Of a stretch of DNA of 64,000 bases, positions 42,506 through 55,062 are shown one piece after another. The DNA comes from Octopus sinensis (taxonomy: Eukaryota): assembly GCF_006345805.1 (NCBI RefSeq), contig NC_043010.1, positions 45,880,001-45,944,000 on the forward strand. Reading direction: 5' to 3'. The position numbers were made by a program, and so were the translations under genes. The notes beneath the pieces are model-generated. The model searched no databases. It was given only the letters and a program-made list of their open reading frames with translations, and was not told where the DNA came from. Each line of letters opens with the position of its first letter. Within the stretch, counting starts at the first letter, position 1.

Positions 42506-44779
42506 TATCCTATAACATTCATTTTCCATGCTGGCATGGGTTGGACAGTTTGACCAGAGCTGGTAAGCAGGAGACCTGCACTAGGTTCCTGTCTGATTTG
42601 GTTTGGTTTCTATGACTGAATGCCCTTCCTAATGCCAAACACTTTACAATGTGTGCAGGATGCTTTTAACATGGCACTGGCATGAATGCTTTTTACATGG
42701 CACCAGCACATGGTTCTTGCAGGCCAATCCTCTACACCAGGAATAGCAGCATTAGTACTTCTGCTGTGGAGACAGGTCTTTTTGAGTACAGCAAGGCACC
42801 AGATATTTCGGTCCTTTGTCATCTTCTCTACAAAGTTCAGTGTCCTGAGGTTGTCCTTCAGGACTTCACCCCATGTCTTCCTGGGTCTTCTATGTGTGTT
42901 ATATGTACTTATATTCATATATTTTTCTCTTTATTACTTTGGTGGGTAGCAAGCTGGCAGAATCATTAGTACAATGGATAAAATGCTTAGCAGCATTTCT
43001 TTTGGCTTTTTGTTTTGAGTTCAAATTTCACCAAAGTTGACTTTGGTTTTCATCCTCTCGATAAATTAAGTACCTTGGGGTTGATGCATTCAATTAACCC
43101 TACCACCACTAAATTTCGAACCTTAGAAGTAATTCTTTGATAGACAATTCACCAGAATTAGCAGTTTTGATATCAGAATCATTGTGAATATTAGAAAATC
43201 ACTTGTATTCCATGACGATCCCTACTGGGTGAAAATAGAAGGCATTCCACTGTTTGACATATTCATAGGGAGCTATGATAGTGTTGGGATTGCTGATCTC
43301 ATTGAGTTATTCATCTTTGATCATCTAAAACAATGTATACACCTCCACAGACTGGTCTTTTATAGAGATGATGGTCCAGTTACATCAAACCATATGAATG
43401 GCCTTGTCGTGAATAAATTCAGGAAGAATGTCCAAAAAATTTGTCCTAACTATAACTACTACCATGAACTTAGGTTAGCTTCCTAGATTTAACCCTGAGG
43501 CTGAGTCAGACTGTTATTAGATACATGTAATTCTAACCAAATGTGTTGAGTACTTCTTTCTTTCATTTGTATATGATATATTCCTTTTCCTTTTTATAGT
43601 GACAGCTATAATAGGCTGTGTAACAATTATGAGGATGACTGTGACAAAGCTGTTGACTTACTTTATCAACTGGAAGATAAAGTAAACCAGGAAATTCTTT
43701 ATCTTATGGTCAATGTCTTTGCTGAAACTTCAGAACCATTAGAACGATTAGTTGATCCAATTTTATTTCCAGAAACAGTAAGTGTGTTACTTTTTAACCA
43801 TTTTTATTTTCATTTATAAAAATTAAAAGTATTTGAAACTAGTGAAATTTGGCAGATAACTTTCAATGGCTAGAGCCATAGATTTCCGCAAGATGGTGAA
43901 GAAAGGTCAAGAAATTAAAAAATAGAAATGTTTGGTATTACAGAGCTATTTTGCATAAACAAATGTTTTGTCAGACATTAAGTTTGCTAAAGGTTGTGAT
44001 AAAGTGTAATAAAACTCTGGATATCTATTTCTTATTCTTATGTGCCCTTTTCAAGCCTAGCCAGGCTTACGGGCCCAGTTTCCCGGTTTCTATGGCGTAT
44101 GTGTTCCCCCTAGCTGTACAGGACGCCAGTCCATCACAGCGTTACTCAAGAAACAGGAAGAAAGAGTGAGAGAAAGTTGGGGTGAAAGAGTACAACAGGG
44201 GTCGCCATCACCCGCTGCTGGGAATCGAAACTATGGTCCTCTGACTGCAAGTCCGCTGCCCTAACCACTGGGCCATTGCACCTCCACTAAATAAATGCGC
44301 CCTTTTAAAGCCTAGCCAGGCTCATGGGCCTGGTTTCCCGGTTTCAATGGCATAGGTGTTCCCCAGCTGGACGGGGCGCCAGTCCATCGCAACATTACTC
44401 ATTTTTGCCAGCTGAGTGGACTGGAACAATGTAAAATTAAGTGTTTTGCTCAAGAACACAATGTGTCGCCCGGTCCAGGAATCAAAACCACAATCTTACG
44501 ATCATGATGCTGTCGCCCTAACCAGTAAGCCACACACCTCCACGGATATCTGTTTATTCATTTTATATCAGAATTTGTGAACAGTAGCATTATTGGTTAC
44601 ATTTTTCTAATGGACCAATCTCTGGTTCATGCATTTCTTTTGACAAATGTGGCAAAAAAGTGTCTGTTACTCAGTGGACTTCATTCAAAGACCTGCTTTA
44701 GTTAATGTGTATATCCTTCACCAATATTCAGCAGAAGATATAAACATACATATACATACATGTGTGCACCCCCACCGTA

Positions 44780-44811
<32 letters not shown>

Positions 44812-45014
44812 AAAAAAAAGGAAATGAAGAAAATGCTGACAAAATAATTTAAGTAAGGGAGAGTGTATTGAATTAGGTGAAAGTTCTTTTTACCGGTTGC
44901 GCATTTGTTATGCTTATCATTTGTTATGCTTATCAAGATATTTTTTTAAGAGAGATAGAGTTCCTTTCTGATAGATTTTTTTCTCTTATATATATATGCA
45001 TGTATATGTATATA

Positions 45015-45074
<60 letters not shown>

Positions 45075-45609
45075 CATACATATACATGCATATATATATA
45101 TATATACACACACACATATATATATCTATATATACACACACACACATATATATCTATATATGTGTGTATGTATATATATGTGTGTGTGTGTGTGTGTGTC
45201 ATCATCATCATTATCATCATATGACATCTGCCTTCCATGCTGGCATGCTTCTTGTTTATTATGTGTGTGTGTGTATCTTTACACGCATGCACATACACAT
45301 AAATAGTAAGGGTGGCTTATTCGCAATTTACAACTGAAAGGCAGAAATAAAGACATCACTAAAGTGACTAAGAGTACTAGTCAGCACCAGTATTGCTAGA
45401 AATAAGAGTCAAGACAACTCAGAGCCACAGAAAGCGCGTGTAGTTATTTTAACAAAGACATACGTTTCATTTATTATTTGGCACATTACTTAATCATTGG
45501 TATATGTTTTTATCTTATATGTCATTATTTCTATAGGATGTAATTTTTTTCTATATGGTATAATTTAATTTTTTCATTGTTGAATTAATAAAAGGTTTTT
45601 TTTTTCTAA

Positions 45610-45640
<31 letters not shown>

Positions 45641-45641
45641 G

Positions 45642-45672
<31 letters not shown>

Positions 45673-45685
45673 GTATATGTATATG

Positions 45686-45727
<42 letters not shown>

Positions 45728-46236
45728 GTATATGTATATATATATATAATCTTTCTGTTGAAGAGCGTAGGCTCGAAACGTTAAAGATTTGTTTTATTTA
45801 TATTTCCTGAGCGCCATACTAATACAATTGTTTGTTTGTTTTCCACCTGCCTTCGTCTTTTGTCTATTTTCATAAAGCTTCCCGTTATATATATATATAT
45901 ATATATCTCTAATAGAGGATAAAAATTTTAGAAAAAAATTTTAGAAAAAATTTTATCAATGGCCAGCATATTAAAAAAATACCTTTAAAGGTTAAATTTT
46001 ATAAACAACTTATAAACAAGGGCAAAAGAAAAAATTCTAATGCCAAATATGCCGAAATATAGACTTATTCGTCATATAGACGAATAAGTCTATGTTTCGG
46101 CATATTTGGCATTAGAATTTTTTCTTTTGCCCTTGTTTATAAGTTGTTTATAAAATTTAACCTTTATAAAATTTAAGTCTATGTTTCGGCATATTTGGCA
46201 TTAGAATTTTTTCTTTTGTCCTTGTTTATAAGTTAT

Positions 46237-46279
<43 letters not shown>

Positions 46280-49200
46280 ATCCGTCCGTCCATCTAACTA
46301 TCTATCCATCTATCTATCTATTTGCATGCTGCCAATATTCTTCTAAAACATGTAAATATTTTACCAAATCATTTCTCTTTACGTAAGTGTGAGGCTTTGA
46401 GTATTTGGGGAAAAAATCGCTGTGTATGTCACCATCATCATCATTTTACACCCGTTTTCCTTGCTGGCATGGGGTGAATTCCACTGGAACTGACAAGTCT
46501 GAATACTGCATCAGTTCCTGCTGGATGCCCTTCATAATGCCAACTATTTTCCTGGGTGTCCTGGGTGCTTTTTATGTGGCACCAGCAGCACCAAAGCCAT
46601 CAAGTAACTGCAGGACAAAACCCTGCAACTGAGGTGAGGTGGGTTGTATTGAGGAACAGAAAAAGGAGTCTTACATTATTGAGGATGTGGGTTTGGATAT
46701 ATTTGCCTTTGACCACATGCTATCCTGTCAATTATAAAAGTATGCAATTAACCCTGGGCTGTAATCAAGTCACTGAAGGAACTTTGGGGGTAACATAATT
46801 AAAAATATGTTTTAACCTTTTCGTTACCAGCCCGGCTGAAACCGGCTCTGGTTCTGAGAACAAATGTTTTGTTTTCATAAGTTCTGAATTAAAATATTCC
46901 ACCAAACCTTAGTTACAATTTATGTTCTTAACACTAGCTGAATGATAACTAAGTTATTTTACTAAATTCTTTGTTATATTTTTTCATTGTTGAATTAATA
47001 AAAAGTTTTTTGACTTCTGCCAAAAGTCAGAATGCCATGATAGACCGTTAGCTCCTACATGCATTTTTTTCTCTCCTTGTTTCTTTTCTGTGTATCTTTC
47101 TGTCGAAGAGCATAGGCTCGAAACGTAAAAGACTTGTTCTATTTCTATTCCTAAAGTAATTGAAAGAAACACAGAGCATCTCAAAATAAATACAGTAATG
47201 AAAGGGTTAATAGGAGATTTGATTTTTTATTCATTTCTGTTATTTATAGCTGTATGTATCATGTTATTAAGATTTTTGTTGAATAAATGTTTTCTTTGGT
47301 ATTATCCAGCAGAGTGATTGCTGTCAAGAAAGACTGAAATCCTTACAAGATTACTTTTACGATCATTTAGACAATATGTACGAAGTTGCACGTTTTATCA
47401 TTGCTGGCTCCAGAAGATCAAAGTGTAAGTGACTAAATATTCTTTGAGCTCTAGAAAATGGCAACAATAATCAGTGCTAAACATAAATATCATGAACATC
47501 ATGATAGAACAGGCTCTTATCAAACTGAATCAACAAACCTTTTTTGTAATATATGTGTTTCTACAGTTTCTCACTTCCCTCATCTACATTGTGTGTGTGT
47601 GTGTGTGTGTATGTATTCTTCTCTTTCTGTTTTTAATTTAATGTAAATTTTGATTGGCCACCTGTTTGGTAGTAAAGCTGTGAAGGAAAGTATCTTGTTT
47701 TAACTGTCATTCTTCATATGTATATATGTATGTATAAAGTCACTGAATGGATACTTTGGGACATCATAGTCAGTTAATGATAGACATTACTAAATAGTGT
47801 ATGACAACACCCTAGAAGCTCAAGTATCACTGTTTTCTTATGTCAGTAGAGGCTAAATTTGTTTATGTGGGCAGTTGTTTGTGGATACCTGCTACTGATG
47901 ATGCACAAGGAAGCAGAAATTTTAATTTAGCCATTCCACCACTGCTGCTGGGTACTTTTTGTCATCTACTGATATTCTTCTATGCATTTTAGTGCTCTAT
48001 GTGTATATGAGATGCTTTCTCAAAACAAACGCCACAGTTTTGTGGCTTTCTACAGTATATCCTCATGAAGTAAGATATGCAGAATGCTATTCTGAACTAA
48101 CACTGCTTCCAATTAATTGTTTTACTTACTTATGAGATTGTAACTTATTGCATTAGTATGTTTATCTCTTGAGGGGAAGTGAAGAGTCACAGATGGCTAA
48201 GTCATAAAATACTGTTACAATGAATTAAGGGCCAGTGATTTATATCTCATCATCAACACTATGTTGTGTCCCTGGAAAAACTCTCAATACAGCATCATGC
48301 CTGCTTATCCAGAAAGTTAATACTCCAACAAATTGGCTTATTATATCTCTCTGCAACTAAATAAGAATTCTTTATCTATAAATATTAATAAGATGTAAAA
48401 TTCCTGGTTTATAATTTGAGCTGTAGAGACAAAATGACTTAGTAAATATTGTGTTGGATGAGCAACTTGCATATTTGTTTTTCAAGTCCCTTCACCTGGT
48501 CATCAAGAAAAAAGTATACCTGATTATATGTAAGAATTGTGTTTCTACTATCATATTTGTTTTGAAATCCATCACCTGTGCTTCAATTAATTTTTTAAAT
48601 AATGAAAAATTTAGTGAAATACCTTTGTCTGTACTATCCCACCAAGGTCGACTTTGCCTTTCATCCTTTCGGGGTTGATAAATTAAGTACCAGTTGAGCA
48701 CTGGAGCTGATGTAATTGACTTGTTACCGCCCCGCAAACTTTCAGGCCTTGTGCCTATGGTAGAAAGGATTGTTAAAGTGGAATATAAATGAACATGAAA
48801 TTTTGATGAAAAGTTTTAATATACATCACTTTAAAATAGGGAATTTGTATCTTTGAACCAAGGGCAATCTCAGGTTGGTATCAAAAGGGTTCTCAACCAG
48901 GGTCTATATGGCCCCTGAGGATCCATATAAGATTTTTTTGGGGGGTGGGGTCACACAGCAAAATAGTAAATTGAAGATCCACAATAATATTTTGAGGGCC
49001 CCTGAAAAGATTTTGTTTTAGATGTTTGTATTGGTATTTATTGCTAGAAACAGCAAGGTTTCTTTCTCTAACATTTTACATAGGTCAACCTACACAAGTT
49101 AATGTGTGAAAAAACAAAATAGGAATTTTAGAGGAAGTTTCTATAAAACTAGTTTTCAAACATTGGCTGGTTGGGGTGGAGACATCAGAATAAAATAGTA

Positions 49201-49661
49201 ATTAAAGGGGTCCATAAATTAAAAAAATGGTTGAGAACCCCTGGGTTAAAGTGATTACTCTTTTACTCGTTTCAGTCATTTGACTGCAGTCATGCTGGAG
49301 CATCGCCTATAGTCGAGAAAATCGACCCCAGAACTTATTGGTCTCTTTTGCCGAACCGCTAAGTTATGGGGATGTAAACACACCAGCATCGGTTATCAAG
49401 CGATGTTGGGGGGGGGGACAAATGCAGACACACAAACATATACACACACTTACATATATATATATATATACATATATATGACGGGCTTCTTTCAGTTTCC
49501 GTCTACCAAATCCACGCACAAGGCTTTGGTCGGCCCGAGGCTATAGTAGAAGACATTTACCCAAGGTGCCACGCAGTGGGACTGAACCCGGAACCATGTG
49601 GTTGGTAAGCAAGCTACTTACCACACATGAAAAATTTTTTTTGATTTGTAACTACATCAGT

Positions 49662-49698
<37 letters not shown>

Positions 49699-50430
49699 GT
49701 GTGTTTTAGTGAGATTTAGTGTGTAAAAAAATATGAGAAAATATTATTAACACAACAATATTTATTTACTGTCTAGTTGTGCAGCAGTTTGAAATGACAA
49801 TCAAAAACTTGGAATGCCTTGATCCAGAAATCTCTTCGTTGGTTAGTCTACATATTCAAAAAATTTCAGTTAATCCATTCGATTCTTTGTCTGAATCCAT
49901 GACCACAAGACTAAAAAGTCTTATAAAAGAATGGAAGAAGTTGTTGGCTCATCTTGTATTTTTACTAGACACAATGGTGGATCCTGACATTTTCATCACA
50001 ATGTCTTGTAAGTTTAATAGATGTTTTTTTTTTCTTTCAATGAAACATGCTAAAGTAATTTCGTTTTTGAATTTGGTTTGCAAGGTTCTTTATATGAGTT
50101 CATGTGTTGAAGCATATTCCATTGTGTCTGGGGAGAGTTAAGACTATTGAAAAGGTTGCAAGACGCAATGAAAATTTTAGGAAAATAAAAATAAGAAATA
50201 AGTGGAAATTTTACCGGTGAGTGTGTTACATTATAAGGCACAAAAAAGAATATGTCGCTCCCCAAACACAACAGAAAATGCTAAAGTAATTGTTAAAAGA
50301 TTTTGCAAACACTGTTATATAAAGAAGTATAGTTTTAAATATGTCTTCTCCATGCAAGCATGGAAAAATGCATTAAAATGATGTGTGTGTGTGTGTGTGT
50401 GTGTGTGTCTGTGTGTGTGTCTGTGTGTGT

Positions 50431-50477
<47 letters not shown>

Positions 50478-52787
50478 TGTTCAAAGCTGTTGATTCTTTC
50501 AGCCACTAAGTTTTCCACTTGTTTACTACATTGATTTAGAACATCCTTTTATTGATATTTCGTTTTTGGATTTGGAAAATAAAAATGAGGAATAAGTGGA
50601 AATTTTACTGGTGAGTGTGTTACATTATAAGGCACAAAAAGAAAATGACTCTCCCCAGACACAACAGAATATCCTTTATTGATGTTTAATAAAATATTAA
50701 AAAAACATCATGCAAGGAAGATAACTTCAATAAAAAGCAACCGGTTGAAATTTTTGTAAAATATCTAGTGTCTAATGCAGATGAGAGTGTGTGTGTGTTT
50801 GTTTGTATGTATATGTACCTGGTGTAAGATATTTAGGTTGTAGATCATGTGCAGAAGGATATGATGGATGAAATGCAGGGCCATCTTTACATTTTTGTGT
50901 GTTGTTAGTAATGATTATGATGGTGTGAGGGGTACTACAGAATCTCAGGGTAAACCATAGCCTAAGGATTAGGGATGAGTAGAAAGGCCTGTTGGCATAC
51001 ACTGCAATAGTGTGACCTTCCAATGTTGGAGTTTTTAATCCAAGAAATGAGAGCTTTACATTGACCAATAGGTAAGCAACTAATATAGAAGATTATTATG
51101 CCAGCTAAAGGCTTTGTTAATATAAAAATAATATTAATGAAATTATTGTATACAGTGCTCAGGTGCACTACAACTTGTCAAAAGTGTGTATAAAGCATAT
51201 GCAGTAATGTACAAATGTCTGGAAAGTGAACAGTGTATGAGTCAGATACATGCTTGCGTGTGTATGGAGGGGAGAAAATCAGGTGTAGTGTTGGCGAATC
51301 TCAGGAAGCATGGAAGTTTTGAAGGATCCAGTACTCCGACAACTAACAACTGATGCCGGCAGTCTGTTCCATGCTTCAACAACTCTTAGCGTGAAAAAAT
51401 GTTTCCAAAAGTCATGGGAGCTGTGCTGTTTTCTGACTTTGTAAACATGTCCACGGGTGTTAGACAGGTGGAGTTTGAAAAGGTGTATGAACAACAATAT
51501 TGCTTTTGACAACATTCTCCATGGTGAGGTGACGAAAGATCTGATTGTATAGAAAACTTATTGGTTAGTGGTTGAGATGTGATGGCGGAGGTAATTGCTT
51601 TTCACTGTTTCTATTACTTTTGAGCTATGGGAAGGATAAATATGCAGTTTGTTGAGTCAGGGGGAGCACTTTTCTGAGATGATGGGACACTCTGTAGGGC
51701 AAATTCCTGTCGACAGAATGATTAAAGAATTTGGTAAGTATAAGAGCTAGTTCTGGAATAGAAAAGATGCCATCAGGACTAATTGCTGTGGTGGGTTGGA
51801 TGGGTTGATTTAGAGTTCACAATTATTAAACTTGTGTATAAGATGGTGAGGTTGTAGTGTGGAAAAGAAGAGTTTCTGAAGGTTTTTGATGAATGCTTGC
51901 AGTGTAGAGATGGAAACAAATTGGTATTAAATACAGAAGCATTTTCAGTGTGATTGCTACTTACTATATTAATGAAATAATGACAGTTTAGGAGGATTTT
52001 AAAAAGTTTGTAGAGCTTCTCTTGGCAAAGGATCAGAAAGCTCTGCTTCAATATGGGCAGCTGGAGAGAGAACTTGTAGATTATGTGATGCCAGAAGACA
52101 TCCTTGCTTGCAAGTATTGTGCTGGTACTGGAAAAGCGAATGCCAGTTGATGGTAGTGATATCTGGTCTTTTCTAGGTGTTGTAGGTAATGTTTTTCACT
52201 TGAATTTTGATCAAATGACTTGATAATTTGAAGTGTGTGAAGGGAGATAACCTAGAAAGTTGGTCTTGCATGGATGAAGTCGAAGTACATTTGCTGCCAG
52301 AGCTAGTTTGTATAGAATTTTGGAGAGTCCCAACTAGCTAATTGGTCTGAAGGAAGTCTCAGAGGATTCGGTGGGGTAGGGTTGCAGCAGTAAGATATGA
52401 GGTGCGTTAACTTGATTAGGCAGGCATCAGATGATCCAGTTAGCACAGAGTTGGTCATGGATGGTTAAAGTTGATGGTTAAATTTTGAGGCAAGTAAGAA
52501 GTCAGATGTGTTCAGAGTGGTTGTGTGTCAGTCTAAAGTAAGAACAAATGAGAGAACACACTACTGAAGAAGATTCATAATGGTAAAAGATTTAGATTCT
52601 GTATCAGTAGTGAGCAGGGTAAGGAGTTTGAGAGTCACGAGAAGTTGTGTATATTGTGGTTGGTGATATCTAGGTGAGAGAAATGAGTAGCAGGAAGAAT
52701 GGTTATTAAATATTCACAGACAATTTCAAAGCAAAACTGGAACCTAGTGTTAATACAGGAGTGGCTTACTTGATCATATATACATAT

Positions 52788-52834
<47 letters not shown>

Positions 52835-54978
52835 TCATCATCATCGTTTAACGTCTGCTTTCCATGCTAGCATGGGTTGGACAGTTCAACTGGGGTCTGG
52901 GAAGCCAGAGGGCTGCACCAGGCCCAGTCTGATCTGGCAGTGTTTCTATGGCTGGATGCCCTTCCTAATGCCAACCACTCCGTGAGTGTAGTGGGTGCTT
53001 TTTACATGCCCACCGGCACACGGCCACGATTGGATGGTGCTTTTTACGTGCCACCAGCACGGAGGCCAATGATGATGATGATGATGACAATGATATATAT
53101 ATATATATATATACTCAAAATAAGCAACAGGATATCCAGAGGTGATACAGTATGACCATTTCAAGCGGCTCCGTTAAGTGAACAATGCAATCATTACATC
53201 AATTTAAATGCAGTGCTATCCTCAGTTGCATAAAAAAATAAATAGAATTTTTTTAATCAGTTGGACACATTTGTATAATTTTACTTATTCACCTTATTTT
53301 GAAGTTGTACGGATAATACTGCACTAAATTTTGGTGCTTCAACTTAGGTACCTACTTCATCTGAATTTCAATTATGTTGCTATATATCTATATATATGTA
53401 TATATTTATTGAAGTGTACAATGTCATATATCCATTGCGGCTGATCTTACCAATTAGTTTTGCACTAGGGGTTCAACAGGGTGTTACATAAAAGCCTGAA
53501 TATATAACCATGTTCTCTTCAGAGCCCCGAGAGCAAAACTGATTGGTATGATTGACTTTGAGTTTCTTAGACATCTTCTCTGTGCGTGTGTGTGTGTGTG
53601 TGTGTGTAATACTCATGAACACATAATATGTATATACATGTGTTATTTTTGTTTATTTTCACAGTAAAACGATTAGAGGATGAAATGAATGTGTGTGTTG
53701 ATGCTGCTAACAAAGGTGATCTGCAGTATTTACTAAGAACAAGTCGTTCTATCCGCGCAAAGTGTTCCCGAGTGGCTCAGTTCCTGACTAATCTGAAATC
53801 TTCTGGAAACATCTTTCCAAGTCCATTAAATGTTATCCACCTTATTGATCAGATTCATCAGTGTAAGTAACTTTGTTGTAACATGCTCTCTGTACTATGT
53901 ACCAGTAACCATTTTATGTGCACTTCTAACACCAATCCTCTCTCTCTCCTCCATCCGACATGTTGAACCTGTTGCCTCTGTTCTGACAGATTCGTTAGAT
54001 TTCTTTAAATTCCTTGAGTATTTGAGATCTGAGATTTCAGAAACTACTGATGTAAGGAAATCCACACTTAATACTTATAGTGTGGAACTCTAAACTTTAT
54101 GTTAATTATCAAATAGAATATATTTATTTTAAATTTTATTTATTTTCATTGTTTACAAAACCGATCTTATTGCAAAAAATAATCAAAAAATGAAATGTGA
54201 TTGAAATAGGGACACATATAAGTACATAATAGAAATTTTCTCAGATATTAGGGTCTGTTGTACATAGGACAGATACATTCAAATATGTGTAGCAAACGTT
54301 TTATTTATATTCTTATTTATAAGTATTTTAGTTTACTTTAAGTCATATATTTTTTCCAATTATGTAAAAGAATGGATGGAGTACACTTAAAATTAACAAT
54401 TCTGTTGTGTCATTTTTGTTAAAACCCATAATATTGTCAACACACTGTTGTAAAACTTCATCTTCCTGTAGAAAAGTGGTTTCTTGAGATCTTCTCTGTG
54501 GCCACATGAAAATTTAGGCTCAGCAACTGAAAGCTGAGCAAATATCTGAAATTTATGGCACCGTTAACTGCTGTTTACAACAAGGAGTTGTACTTAATCA
54601 ATCTGTAGCTCATTGCAAGTTAAATGTCTTTTTCTTGTATAATACATTGAGAAACTGTGTATGACCCCTTAGCTAATAGGCTTGCTCAAGGAGTGAAGTT
54701 AATATAAATAAAAGATTGTCATTGCCAAATTAGATATTTCAAACCTTGTTTATTTTGGTTTCTCTCACATATAAGTCAAATTGTTGTCTTTCATTTTTAA
54801 TAATAAAACATTGTGTACAGTGCTCAGGTGCACTACAACTCATCTAAAGTGTATATATAATCAGGTGTAGTTTGATGGAATGAATTAGAATATGTTAATT
54901 GAACTAATGTTAATGTTAGGAATGTATTTTAAAAAATTTTTGTATCCACTTTTGAGTAGCTATGAAAGTTGGATAGTT

Positions 54979-55062
<84 letters not shown>

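Noticed and set aside
47891-47931. Isolated canonical hammerhead core match (GCTA-CTGATGA-TGC..GCA-GAAA..TT-TAGC)
   Set aside because: Single copy, 3-bp stem II with U-A closing pair, A/U-only 2-bp stem III, and not part of a repeat family; likely chance in AT-rich DNA.
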